The position numbers and the translations under genes were made by a program. Below are positions 1-12,324 of a stretch of DNA of 64,000 nucleotides, piece by piece; the first letter of the stretch is position 1; each line of letters starts with the position of its first letter. The stretch comes from Macrostomum lignano (taxonomy: Eukaryota), in the NCBI GenBank assembly GCA_002269645.1, contig NIVC01000738.1:372001-436000 (forward strand). The letters run 5' to 3'. The notes under the pieces were generated by a model, which saw only the letters and a list, made by a program, of their open reading frames with translations, did no database searches and was not told the origin of the DNA.

Positions 1-160
1 AGACTCCAACAAAGGTTTACCGATTGGTTTACTTCTCCCTCGGAGATATAGCCTCTTTTGGCTGCTCTACCAAAGCTCAAGATCTCTTGAGGCTGCTCCG
101 GAGTCTGAGATTTCAGCTAGGATTTTGGCTTGTATTTATAGGCAAATTTTGCGAAGCCAA
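1..160 (-). repeat. Copy 1 of a dispersed ~150-bp module (minus-strand TATAAATA box, ~110 nt, then a GTAAAC donor-like site)
   Basis: Alignable by eye to 1752-1895 (shared ctccctc.gagatatagcctc, gaggctgctcc.gagtctgagatttcagct.ggatttt, ttgtatttat). Confidence 0.7.
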
Positions 161-511
161 GGTCATTTCGATGAGGTAACGAGTTCACGAAATGGGAATT
201 GGACCCTTTAAAAGTTGAATAGGATTTTAGCGAATAAATCAATTTTGGATATCATTTACCATATTTGGTAGTTCAAAATTAAATGTTGCGAAATAGCCAT
301 TCACTGTTTTCGTGATGTTACTAAAATAGTGTGACCACGCGGAATTTAAATTTTTGGGTTTTGTGCATTTTTATCTTACTACTTCTAGTAGTGTGCTTGT
401 ACTGTATTTTGGAGATTCTCTGCAATATCTTCCTTTTTACAAGAGGTAATTTCTCAATTACAAATTTAAACAATTTGTCGGAAGGTAATGTAGTGAGTAG
501 TATAATAAGGT

Positions 512-1205
512 TCATATAACAAGTGTATTTTTTATGCAGTCAGCTTTTAGTGTTAAAATGGATAAATAAAGATTTTCATTAAAAAACCGCTGGAACAGTC
601 GTTGCACGCTTGTCATTTTTAGGTGTTGCAGAGGCATGAAGCTTGTGTCTTTCGTTGCCTCTAAGAGGTGGTAGTACACCTCCTCCGGTGTCATTTGATG
701 GTCGGCCAGGGTGCACCGTCGTCCGACGGCCAGGAGCTGTCGCCGCGCCTCGTGCAGACTGGTAGATATCAAATGGGATCTCGGGGTTGTGAAATTTCGG
801 TATTATGCAATAGGTCGCGTGGATTTTTGAAAATATGAAATTTCGGGTTTGTGAAATTTTGGTTTCTGAAAGCGCCGGCCAGTCTTGCACGTTGGAGGCT
901 ATCTCTTGCACCGTCAGGTCCTCCAATTTCTTGAGGCACAGTTCCGGCTGTTCCAGCATCAGTCGGTTTAGATCGGCCGTCGCTTGTTCCAGTGGCTCCA
1001 AGCAGGTGGGGCAGTGGTGGATGCTCCGTCGTGCGAGCCTCTGCAGGCAGGTGAAGCAACCCCAGTGTCGGGAGCTGCACAGCTTCACCTGCGGGTCGTC
1101 TCCGCAGAGGCTGCAGCTTATTAACGGGTCCCTGCAAAGTGATAACTTTTTTATAAGGCCCGTGTCATTGCATGGGAAGCACACCCTATGCCCATACTGG
1201 CACAT
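512..1205 (-). pseudogene. RING-type (C3HC4) zinc-finger protein, probably frameshifted near 770
   Basis: ORF 579-1205 contains CSLC-x8-C-x3-H-x2-CFTC-x11-CPTC, preceded by a partial CQYGHRVCFPC unit. The reading degenerates after ~770, where ORF 512-772 looks like the continuation. Confidence 0.6.
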
Positions 1206-1751
1206 GGGCCTTTGGTATGAAGAGTTTTATCGGGTGGTGATCAGTCACCCAAAAACTTCCACTTCCAGACGGTAAGCCTGGGAACAAAATTCAGTGATCA
1301 CTTACTGTTTCGGGCTCCTCTTCTTTGTTGGGCAGGTTCTCCGAGCTTGTTTCTTCAAGGCGCCTTCCTCCGGAGTAGTCTTCTTGGGTTCTAGAATCGG
1401 CCGAAAGTGAAAGACAATTTAATCCGTAGACGTCGCAGTCTTCCTCGAGTGCGGAAATCAAGATCAAGATGCGACCTAACACAAAATCAACCCTATAACA
1501 ATATCGAAGTCCTCCAGAAAGGGCGTCTTCTTCTAGAAATAACGGAATCGGAGTCGTGTGCTCCTATCGGTTAATCTAGGGAAACAAAATCAATCAATCA
1601 ATAATCCTCTAAGGGTATCGGAATCGGTCCGCAGATCCTATCCAATCCCTTAGGAAACGGAAGGCCTCAAACTCAATAGACTCAGTAACTCAACTGATTA
1701 GTAACGGCCGGCAATAACAAAGCTCTCTCAATAATCAAACAACGAAGACTT

Positions 1752-1895
1752 GAACAAAGGCTTACCAATTGGTATTTATCTCCCTCAGAGATATAGCCTC
1801 GCTCTGCTGCTTTAGCAAAGCTCGAGATGTTTTGAGGCTGCTCCGAGTCTGAGATTTCAGCTCGGATTTTGATTTGTATTTATCGGCAAGTTTTC
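1752..1895 (-). repeat. Copy 2 of the TATA/leader module (paralog of 1-160)
   Basis: Direct similarity to 1-160; ggcttacc (GGTAAGCC on minus) at 1759-1766. Confidence 0.7.
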
Positions 1896-1954
1896 GGTAT
1901 ATTAATAGTAAAATGATTTCTCTTTCATCATAAGTCGCAACATGATTCATATTT

Positions 1955-2690
1955 TGATGTGTTTCTTATTACCAGTCCTCAACTGTAATCAAGGAACAGT
2001 TACTTCTAGCTCTGTAGCTAGGCAACCCAGTAAGTCAACAGAAGGTATTTAATTACCTTTAATCCCGATTGAGTTGTTCTCTTCCTTGCGTTGATCTCTC
2101 TTGTGTAGTTCTCAACTGTAGATCTCTCAATAGATCTCGTAGACTTCTATCCGTCTTCAGATGTAGATCAGGTCCGAGTTCCTTTGTTTTCTTCTGTAGA
2201 AGTAGTTCCAGCCGGAATCTGTCGTTCGGACCAATGGGAAGCTTCCAATTACAATGGGTACCCTGCGCCTAACTGCGGTCTTAATTAAGCCTCCTTCTTC
2301 TAGCAGTGCCTCTATGCACTCTAGGAATAGCTCCGGAAACCACTGATAGTCTTCTAAGATCTATCAGGGGCAGTCCTTCTGGAGACTGCAACCAGTGGAG
2401 TCTAAACAGACTCAAGAGTCTCAACAGACTCAAACTAAACTCAAGTCACACTGGACTTAAGCGAGACGTCTCTAACAACAACGGCGCAAATAAGGAAGGC
2501 TTACCGCAACAATCGACCGAGTCTTGGTCCAGGAAGTCCAACTGTGTCTTCCTCTTCGGAGCTCTTTTCCCGAGGAGAAATTGTTGGCTCCGGGTCCGTT
2601 CCGGACCACTTGTATTTATAGGCGTTCGGACCTCTCTCGAGGTCGTACATCACTGTCTTCGCAAATGTCAAAGGGTCACAATTCGGTGGC
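1955..2690 (-). repeat. Segment paralogous to 7400-8122 (decayed minus-strand gene with TATA promoter)
   Basis: Long shared blocks such as gtaatcaaggaaca.t.acttctagct, gaaggtatttaattacctt, caatgggtaccctgcgcc, tctagcagtgcctctatgcact, cggaccacttgtatttatag. Confidence 0.75.
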
Positions 2691-3229
2691 TGTCAAGCAT
2701 GACAGGGCAGAAAGTTATGCAACTAGTCTACTGTAAAACACACATGATTGGTTACCATATCTGGTATTTTTCTGTCGCGTTTGATTGGTTCATCCGGTGC
2801 AGACCGGGTGCAAGCCAAATGACGAATCGTAGGTGGGGTTTGAACTGACAAACGTAGGTTGCACGTGGCCAATGATGAATCGCAAATGGGATTTAACTTG
2901 ACAATTGTAGGTCACGCATGATTGGTCGGTTGCCAAAAATAGCATGTCCGACTTTTCTCTCTTTTGATTGGTTGATTAAAATATATGTATGGTTCAGCGC
3001 ATATCTTTATACATACTACTTAGTATACTACTGAATAAAAATGTATAAGTAGTATGTTAACCATTTTTACGGATTTTTGAGGGAGGCAGAATACTCTACA
3101 ATTTCATCATAAGTCGTAACATGATTAATCTTTCATCATAGTTTTGCTACGCATGTTTACGTTAGTCTACTTACAGTAGCCTTTTGTGAATAATGGTACT
3201 CTACAGGTAGAGTGCGTGTAGTCTTGATC

Positions 3230-3740
3230 GGGTGGCTTAGCTTTTCGCTGCGAATCGGCATGATAGGCACCGTGTCATTAAGCCAGTTTTCCTCTGAACC
3301 TTCGTTCATCAAACTCTTTCTGCCGGCACCAACGTTGCATTCATTAGGGAATTTAAGATACCTGAGCTGCTGGTGGTTTCCGATGAAGTTCCAAATAAGA
3401 GTAGCGTTTAGTGATAAGGCTTGTAGGCTAAGATGCAGCCGCAGCAGGTTGCGGATGTTGGCATCCAGAGCTAGCGTTGGTAAACCCAGCTGTGCAGCCT
3501 GAACTGTCTACACCCCGATGTTGCTACCGATGTCCAAGACAGTTATGTCTGGTATCTGCTGGGCAATCTTTAAGATCATCCGGGGTAAATCTGGCTCCCA
3601 AGCTTTTTTCATCGCCTTTGTAGCCCATAATGGGTGTTTTTGTGCAGCGAAAGTTAGCCATGGGTTGAAACTCACTCTCGATGCTGAGCAGCGTCTCCGG
3701 AGGCCCATTCATGGCGTCAGGGAATCCATTCTTCAAGCGT
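3230..3740 (-). pseudogene. FkbM-family (Methyltransf_21-like) SAM-dependent methyltransferase with an in-frame stop
   Basis: Reading through the TAG at 3508-3510 gives AWEPDLPRMILKIAQQIPDITVLDIGSNIGV*TVQAAQLGLPTLALDANIRNLLRLHLSL, matching the FkbM pattern WE..DIGxNIGxYTxxAAxLG..N..RL..S. The stop replaces the conserved Tyr. Confidence 0.72.
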
Positions 3741-5984
3741 TTGTAGGCAGAGGCGGATTTAGAAATCTAAAATGAGGTGGGGAGTAGTAATATACCATAC
3801 AAAATTGTCAGCAAACAACGTTTTCAGAAACAAACTACTCGTAAAATTACTGCTATTAAGGATAAATTTTACATTTTTCACTACATTATCGCTCGTCTTC
3901 ACTACGCTCAATTCGCTCCGATTATCCCCGCTTCATTTCGGTCAAAATGTAAAATTTATTCTCAATAGCAGTAACTTTAGTTACAGGGCCAAATCAGCAG
4001 CCTGTCGCGTAATTCAAAGCACTCGCAGCAAATGCATTGGGGGTGTTATTGTTGCTTAACAACGATACGAAGAGAAACTGTGTGAGCGCTAAGTCACCCC
4101 ACTCAAACTGTGCATTGTGTTGCATTTTGCCTGTGCGTTCTCGTTTACTATAAAATACACTGCTTTGAATAATATTCGGTACTGCGAATTCTAAGATGTA
4201 AGCCTCACAGTCATAATAGCTAGGGTCTTTAGAGGCCAGTGTGTTTGAAAAGCTTTCTGTCATGTGAGCAGAAGATAACAGGAAAATAAACCTGTTATAC
4301 TGTGGTGACTACAAGGACTGTTAATAGATCGCTGTGCGATGTGGTTTTGCTAGCCCCGAATTAGAGGATGTACTAAGCCATTTGGGGGTTCTCTGTTCTC
4401 GACCCCGAATCGAATGCTTAATCTGCAACTACCAGTTGACGAGGTCTCTGCTAAAATCTTAACGCTGAGCACTAGCCCAGCGTTATTAAGAGGGTTGTAC
4501 GAACCCTGGCATACTGGAAAATAGTATCAAGCAGTCGCCAGCCATTTCTCAGAACTACATGGATATACGCGTTTTTCTCTGGGGCCTTTGAGTTTGCGTT
4601 CTCACTTTCTTAAGATAGATGTCTAGCGGTCTAAAGTTCGTACAGCTCTACTTTCTCCAGTCAGGCCGTCAGAGAAAACCGTATAAACTGACGGGATCTC
4701 CTAGTATCTAAGCTGAGTTTGAGTCTCTCTAAGATTTGCTCTGCGCGACAATTAAGACAAATAATTATATTGAAGACTTGGATTTGTGCCAACTGGATAA
4801 TCCAGAGACTAATTCAGAGGGAGCGATTCAAGATCGAAGACTGCGCAAGAAAACGAAGCGCCGCTCCAGTTTGAGATGGGCGTCTATTTATACCAATTAG
4901 CATTTTTGGCCTCCCCCGCCGCCGGTGGGGTGTCTTCGCGTTGTTAGCAACGGCGGGGGGTTTTGAGCAATAACAAACTGGGACTCAGTCCCCTAATTGT
5001 ACATGAATTTAGTTAGTTCTAATAGGTTGCTAAGTGTGAAGGTTAGAGATTATTCGGGCTTTCGCAAATCGCAAGTTGGATAAAATTTGGGATAGAAAGA
5101 TGATAGAGAAAGTGCTTAGTTTTCCGTCTCTACACTCTGTCCATGAATGATTAAACAGTCCTCTGTTTCTCTCGGTTGTCAGGCAGCTTGGGGTTGATCT
5201 CGCCTTCTTGGGCAGCTTCGGGTTGGGTAGGAGTCTCTAGGTGGGCCTCACGTTTTCTCCCTCAGGGTGCGCCAGAAGATGCCGCGTGCCGCGTTGTTCT
5301 CTAAGCTGGCCGCTGCTCAGTTTGCTTTTCCCGGCCGGTTTAGTCGCCATTGTGCCTGCGGCGGGGTGACGCTACTGACTGGAATGGAAAGAGGCTTTAT
5401 TAGATTCGGCAATTCAAATTGACTTGACAGTTGATTAATTATCTTAAAGCTGCTTCTGTTTGCTCTTCTAGTAGCTATCTAGGGGTTCTATTGTGCTCTT
5501 CTGCCTCGCCCTTCACTGCGCCTGGGCTTTTCATAAATTTCTATCTATCTTCTAACTGAGAGCAAAACTTCAGATTTCTAACTCTTATAATAAGTAATCA
5601 AAACAACACAATAGACGCTTAAATCTTTTAGGCAATGTTAAAATTTAGTTCATGTGAAACCGCCACCTTCTGGACGCATTCACGATCAATGAAGCCCTGT
5701 AACCCCCGCGGTCACGTTGCTAAGCCGTTAAACAAAACTGGAAACAGCACTAAGATGAGAAACGAACTTTTAAAAATTTGATTTAAGATGGCAATTTTTA
5801 AAGTCATATTTAAACACAGCTACGCGAAGGAGTCGGGAAAATTTTTTCAGAATGTGCAGGGATTTATTTGTAGAAAGCACACAATCTTATATTTGCCTTC
5901 AATACTTTAGATCCGTGTAAGTTACAAGTAAGTAAGTCAGTACAAAAGTGCTTTCAGTCGAAGCTTGTACATGAATCGAGCTGT

Positions 5985-6785
5985 TCACTTCATGCAGCCG
6001 AGGTCCCAGCTCTGTGTGTGCAGCTGTACAACGAATGCCTCGGGAAAGGAATTCAAGAAGGCATTTTTAACCGAGTCGGAAATCTGCCTGAAGTCCTTGC
6101 AGATTAAGCTGCTCTTCAGCTTCCAGCTGAATGGGTTGAAGTACTTTCCGGGATAAACCTTCACGTCGAAGGCGTTGCTGCGCACGTAGAGCCGCAGCTC
6201 CTCCATGAGAACTGTGGGCCCTCTGTTGTCGTCCGGCCGACCTCTCTTGCCTGCCTTAAAGTTTCGCTCGATTCTTCTTAGCAGACGCATCCAGAACGGG
6301 TGTCCCGGCCGATGGGAGGCCATGAAGGAGTTCTGCACCAGCTGGCCTGGAAGCACGGCGTCACCTGGGTGAGTGTCCATGGCGCCGAACACGAGAGTCT
6401 CCGAGTGAAGCAGGTGCTCGAAGTTTTTCATGCACACCGTGTCCAGATCTGTGTAGATGCCGCCAAAATGGTACAGATAAAAGTACCTGGCCAGGTCGGC
6501 CCGCTCGATGTTGTACCTCTGGCCGTTGTACACAGGCAGGAACCAGGCGTAATGATCCCGCACCAGAGCCAGGTTGTCCTGGTCGGTCCACAGGCGCCAC
6601 TCCCAGTCAGGAAAGCAGGACTTCCAGCTGGCGCTCCATCGCACAGCTCTGGCCGGCAGCTGGCGGGTCTTCCAGCTCTGGTGCAAGATTTTGATGATAT
6701 TGGATGCGCGTTCATCTGACTTTAAGCATGGTTCATCATTCGTGCCACCTCTTCCGATGATCAGGAGCAGGTTCGAGAAATACAT
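5985..6785 (-). CDS. Glycosyltransferase family 32 (OCH1/SUR1-like, DXD sugar-binding motif), single ORF
   Basis: IIKILHQSWK, SWKSCFPDWEWRLWTDQD, ERADLARYFYLYHFGGIYTDLD (DXD motif), NSFMAS-PGHPFW and GPTVL are all hallmark GT32 motifs; ORF uninterrupted. Confidence 0.9.
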   Translation of the reverse strand: MYFSNLLLIIGRGGTNDEPCLKSDERASNIIKILHQSWKTRQLPARAVRWSASWKSCFPDWEWRLWTDQDNLALVRDHYAWFLPVYNGQRYNIERADLARYFYLYHFGGIYTDLDTVCMKNFEHLLHSETLVFGAMDTHPGDAVLPGQLVQNSFMASHRPGHPFWMRLLRRIERNFKAGKRGRPDDNRGPTVLMEELRLYVRSNAFDVKVYPGKYFNPFSWKLKSSLICKDFRQISDSVKNAFLNSFPEAFVVQLHTQSWDLGCMK

Positions 6786-7399
6786 GTGCTGAGCACTGCG
6801 GCCGCAAAAAAGATATTTCTTTTGTACATGCGAATCAACTGAAGAGTTTTCTGTAATTTTTTACGGGATTTTTGTTTCTAGCTGGATTTCTTGGCTCACT
6901 TAAAACTTGCAGATGAATTTATTGTTGCGAAATAAACGGTCTAAGAAAAAGCAAAAGAAAAAAATTGAGCAAACGAGACACCTAGGCTCACACGCGGAGA
7001 CCGGACTAAATAGCACCCGCGCACGCGCAGCCCCCCAACACACCGACCCCGCAGGCACCCACCCAGCCAAGCCAGCCACCTCATCCTCCAGCTTAGATGC
7101 CCTTACCCCGACACAATGGCAAAGGTAAAATTAAACCATGGGAAAAGAAGTAGGCAAGGCTAGCGTTGGCACTTTAGAAACTGCATGAGCGCTAACTCTA
7201 CTCCACTCAAACCATTCATTGCTTTGTATTGTGCCTCTGTGCATTCTTGTTGACTATACAATACACCGCCTGGAATAATATCAGATAGTTAGTTGCGTAT
7301 ATGGTTGCAGGTAGACAATTTATGCGTTGTTGTTGTTGTATTCAATAATATCCCTTAATATGTTTTCTGTTTTATAAGAAATTAGATCCCTACATGTAC

Positions 7400-8122
7400 T
7401 GATGTGTTCCTTACTACCAAGACTTTCTCAGTAATCAAGGAACAATCACTTCTAGCTACTTTGCTGGGCAACCCAGTAATCAACTGAAGGTATTTAATTA
7501 CCTTAAATCCGGATTAGACGTCTCTTCGTTAACTCCTTGTGTAGATCTCGTGTGTAGATCTTGTCAAAGCTTCGAGAAGTCTTGGATCCGCGTCTCTGGT
7601 CCTGATTCCTCTTGTACTTCCGATGAAGTTACTTCCGGCCGGTGTCTGCAGTCAGGACCAATCAGGGGCCTCGTATCAACAATGGGTACCCTGCGCCGAA
7701 CAGCGGTTTCTCCTTAGCCTTCTCCTTCTAGTAGTGCCTCTATGCACTTTAGGTAATGCTCCGGTAATCTCTAATAGATCCTCTAAGTCGTCTAAGATCT
7801 ACTAGGGTAGTCCTTCAGGCGACTACTGCCATTGGAGTCTCAAATGGACTCAAGAGTCTCAACAGACTCTAACACTATAACAATAGTGAGTCGACCTAAC
7901 AACAACTGGCGCAAATGAGAAGGCTTACCGCAATAACTCGACCGAGTCTCGATTGACTTGGTGACCAGGAAGTCCTCCTAAAGCTTCCTCTTCGGAGCTT
8001 CTCCTATCGTCGGGAGTTGGCTCCGGGTCCGCTTCGGACCACTTGTATTTATAGAGAAACACCCCTCGGGAGGTCGTTCATCACCTTTTTCGTAAATGTC
8101 AAAGGGTTACGATTCGGAGGCT
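7400..8122 (-). repeat. Segment paralogous to 1955-2690, cut at ~8122 by the Gypsy integrase fragment
   Basis: Similarity continues to aaagggttacgattcggaggc (vs aaagggtcacaattcggtggc at 2670-2690), then switches abruptly to integrase coding sequence. Confidence 0.75.
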
Positions 8123-10604
8123 CAATGACTTTGAATGGCCCATCATACGGTCTTTGCAACGCCGCGCGGTGGCCGTCTCGACGGACAAATACGAACGTGC
8201 AGGTATCGAGGGCCGCGGGCCAAGCAGATGGACGGCTGCCGTGGTGCGACGTTGGCACCGGCCGAAAAGCCTGCACTGCTCTGTGCACTTGCAGCAGGAA
8301 CTGGTCGTAGCCCAGAGTGTCGGGTGGGCTGGGCAGTAGGCACTCTCCGGTTACGCTGATAGGTGCCCCGTACACCAACTCCGCTGATGATGCTGGCAGA
8401 TCTTCCTTGGGAGCCGTGCGGATGCCGAGAAGCACCCAGGGCAGCTCGTTGACCCATGTCGGTCCGGATAAGCACGCCATAAATGAAGCCTTTAATTGCC
8501 GATGAAAGCGCTCGACAAGCCCATTCGACTGCGGGTGAAAAGCCGTTGTCCGGTGCAGCTGCATTCCGAGTAGCCGGGAGCAGTTCGTCCACAGCTGTGA
8601 AGTGAACTGCGAGCCCCTGTCCGATGTAATGTCACTTGGCACGCCAAAGCGGGCGACCCAATGGGAGATAAAAGCTGATGCACAGGCTGCTGCTGAAGTA
8701 TCCGTCATGGGAATTGCCTCTGGCCACCGAGTGAAACGGTCCACGATGGTAAACAAGGGAGTGAAACCCTGTGACTGCGGCAGCGGTCCTACCAGATCCA
8801 CGTGGACATGGGCAAAACGCTGTCCGGGGAACCGGATGCCTTCGATGGGTGCGGCGACGTGTCGATGGACTTTAGCTGTCTGGCAAGCGACACAGGTCCG
8901 GGCCTACTGGGTGACGTCCCGGTTCATTTTTTCCCTCACAAATTTTTCGGCCACCAACTGGCGCGTGCTGCGAACCGACGGGTGCGCGAGGCCATGAATT
9001 GCGTCAAAAACAGCGCGGTGTAACTCCGGAGGCACGAGTGGGCGTGGCCGACCGGTAGAGGTGTCGCACCACAACACCAGTCCTGGGCCGATCTCCACTT
9101 GCGCCAGCTGAAGGCTACTGCTTGTGTGAGCCACTGGGAACGCCTGTTGCGCCCTCGCCATCTCCTCGAAATTCTCGCCGGGGAGCCACTGCGACTGAAC
9201 TGCTGCCGCCGTACACCGAGAAAGCGCGTCCGCTGCCGGGTTTTCTTTGCCCGCGATGTGCTGGATATCTGTTGTAAACTCGGATATGTAAGCTAAGTGT
9301 CGCTGCCGCCTGGCTGACCACGGATCCGAGATTTTTTACATAGCTGCGACCAGCGGCTTGTGGTCTGTGAAAGCAGTGAAAACTCGACCTTCTAGAAAGT
9401 AGCGAAAGTGCCGGACAGCCAGGTACAAGGCTAGCAACTCGCGGTCGAAAGCACTGTATTTCTGCTCCGGAGCACGGAGCTGGCGACTGAAGAAAGCCAG
9501 CGGTTGCCAGCCATTGCCAACTCGCTGTTCCAGAGCGGCACCAATAGCGATGTCAGAAGCGTCCACGGTCAGGCCGATCGGCGCCTTTGGCAGTGGGTGC
9601 GCCAGCATTGCCGCACTCGCCAGGGCCTGCTTAGCATTGTTAAATGCGGCCGTCAGCTCGGGTGTCCAATGGACCAGTTTGCCCTTTCCAGCAGTAGCCA
9701 CATGAATGGGGCGCAGTAGCTGGGCGGCTGGCGGCACAAAGCGGTGGTAGAATTTTACCATGCCGGCGAACTCCTGCAGGCCCTTGACGGTGGTGGGCGG
9801 TGCAAAACGAACGACAGCGTCAAATTTTGACGGCAGTGGCACGGCTCCATGAGCGCTGATTCGATGGCCGAGGAAATCAATTTCGCTGCGGCCGAACTGG
9901 AACTTCGCGGGGTTGACTAGAAAACCATTGCTAGCCATACGTTGGAACAGCGTTCGCAAGTGCTCTAAGTGCTGATCCGGGTTGTGACTGGCCACTAGGA
10001 AATCGTCAATGTAAGAAAATACGAAATCCAAGTCTTGGCAAACAGAGTCTACTAGGCGCTGGAAAGCCTGGGCCGCGTTTTTTAATCCGAAAGGCATCCG
10101 CAGAAATTCAAAAAGTCCAAACGGGGTGATTACGGCTGTCTTTGGAACATCTGTAGGCGTTACCGGCACCTGATGGTATCCACGGACGATGTCGATTTTT
10201 GAAAAAACTGAGCATCCGGCCAGTCGCGCTGAGAAATCCTGAATGTGCGGCAGTGAATAGCGATCTGGCACAGTGATATCATTTAGGCGCCTGAAATCGC
10301 CACAAGGTCACCAGCCACCCGAAGACTTGGGCACCATGTGCAGGGGCGATGACCAAGGGCTGTTTGACCTGCGCACGATGCCGAGCTGCTTCAGGAGTCG
10401 GAATTCTTCTTTGGCCACCGCCAGCTTGTCCGGTGGCAGGCGGCGGGGGCGGGCATGGACCGGCGGGCCGTTGGTCGGGATGTGGTGTTCGACCCCGCGG
10501 CGCGGCTGGGCTCGGTGGAAACTCGGCTCGGTGAGGGCAGGAAAATCTGCTAGCAGCTGGCTATATGGGTCCGCAACAGCGGCTGCGGAGAGCTGCAAGC
10601 CAGG
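8122..10604 (-). mobile_element. pol: Outer Ty3/Gypsy (CsRN1-like) retrotransposon, 3' half: RT-RNase H-integrase, disrupted, 3' LTR missing
   Basis: RT (SPLHMVPK, MPFGLKNA, YIDD), RNase H (VDAS, YSAFDREL, TDHKPL) and integrase (HVDLVGPLP, TSDRGSQF, HPQSNGLVERFH, PYDGPF). Nonsense codon at 10308-10310 and frameshifts near 9330 and 8900. Confidence 0.95.
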
Positions 10605-11793
10605 TGTAGTGTGAGCATCTTTGCGTATATTTTGTTGTAAATTGACTGCATTAGTTTCTATATTGTTATTGAATTGTTATTTTGCTTTAGTTTAGTCATG
10701 CGTTTTTTGTGTACTTTTTCTAGTTGGTTGAAATCTAAAATTGTAAACAGGTTAGAGTTAGACGCCAAATTTTGTGACTCAGCGGAGGGTTGAGTTTGTC
10801 TGCGAACCCCAGCTTTGCGCGGCCAGCCAATCAGAACCGGCCTGGACCCTGGCACGCGGCAAGTTCCAATTCTACCCGGCGCCGCGGGCACAGTGCAATT
10901 CGGCTTAAGCAAGCGGCCGGCCAGACGACCACCACCCGGCTTGAGGGGGGTTTGAGGGGTTGTGACTCTGACTATATATGAAAGTGTGTTTGGGCAATCG
11001 GATCTCGCTTGCTCCCTTTCCCCGGTTTTGTCTTGTCTAGTTCCCGGCCGGTGGCCCGATTTCTCCTCTCTTGTTGGTTCGCGCTTTGAGGCGCCTGAAT
11101 TCATCACCCCCGGTCCGTATCTTTGTTCCCGCCCAACCGCAGTAGTCTTGTGGCGTAACGTCTACGGCAAATTTCTGTCTGAAGTCGTCGCTATCAAGCG
11201 CGGTTAGATAGAGACTGTCGGATCTGATCAAGTACGCGGCCTCGACCCCGAGGGCCCCAGTGTTACACTGAAGGGCAGTGCCGATAGAACTTAGTCGGTG
11301 CTCCGTTGAACGGTCGATTCGGCAGGGCTCTCGTTTGAGAGTAGGTTCTGGCTTAGGCCAGGGGTTAGGAGTCTTTCTCCGTGGTCCTGTGTTCGGTTCC
11401 TCCTTCCTCTTCTTCCTGCTGAGATCCGCTTGTCAGTGCGTAATATAATCATTATTATTAATCGTTACTATTCGTTATCATCAGTCTAATTATCTGCGTC
11501 GCGAATTGCTTGAATCCTGTAACTTGAGTAATCAAATTAAATCGTCTAGCCAATTATCAGTTGTATCATATAGGATTATCACTCTCTAAATCTTTTGGTT
11601 AGTGTTCCCTCGTGTTCTTTCTTTTCTTGTACTGTACCTGCGGCTATTGGAGAAAGACTGGTAGGACTCGCCGACCGGCGATAGGCGATTAGGATTAATA
11701 GCTTTAAAATCTCCAAACGCTCCAAGTAGGTTTGTCTAGGGCCTAAATAATTGCTCACCGTGCATGCTATTATCTAATTGCCTATTTATCACA
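10605..11793 (+). repeat. 5' LTR (1189 bp) of the inner Gypsy
   Basis: Starts tgtagtgtg, ends tttatcaca; matches 20655-21628 plus 53006-53220. Confidence 0.97.
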
Positions 11794-11813
11794 AGTGGAG
11801 CCCCTGGGAATCC
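11794..11813 (+). promoter_or_regulatory. Putative primer-binding site (TGGAGCCCCTGGGAATCC); cognate tRNA not identified
   Basis: TGG-starting motif 2 nt after the LTR end, in the canonical PBS position. Confidence 0.45.
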
Positions 11814-12324
11814 AATAGTTAGCAGGCGGCAGTTTATTGGTAGGCGCTCTAAGTGAGCAAGCTTAGACTAAAACTCAACGAGTCTGTTCCAGGCTCGTAG
11901 CGGCTATTTCGTCAACCACGCAGTGTGCAGCAATTCCGCATTAGGTGTGGTTTTGCGGTTGGCCAGTTACCCCAAAATACTGAATAGGATTTAGGAGTGG
12001 GAAAAATAAAATTGACCTTCTAAAACTAAAATTAGCACTTTAATAGAAACTTGCGTGTGAAAGTAGATTTTGTTTACAGTTGAAAATTTCATTAGTGTTT
12101 ATTAGCATTAGCATAGTCTGCGAGTGCGCGCACTAGAGAGTACATTGGTTGAATTTGTCTCAGTGTACATTCAGTTTTTCTTATCAGTTATTGCCAGTGC
12201 GAGCGAGGCGACCGATTCCGCTCATTAGATAAAATAGAAGCTAGATTATTGAAATTGTTATAGCCTTACAAGTTGTACTTTCTGAAGTTGCAGTAATAGA
12301 AATTCCGACTGATTAAAACTTAGC

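Noticed and set aside
3994-4263. Second glycosyltransferase suggested by VPNII
   Set aside because: The paralog at ~7180-7285 does not keep the motif and there is no DXD region.
6300-10614. Antisense and alternative-frame ORFs over GT32 and the outer pol
   Set aside because: Shadow ORFs of GC-rich coding sequence.
10658-11231. ORFs within the LTRs (also 20708-21281)
   Set aside because: Non-ATG or antisense, no motifs; duplicated only because the LTR is.
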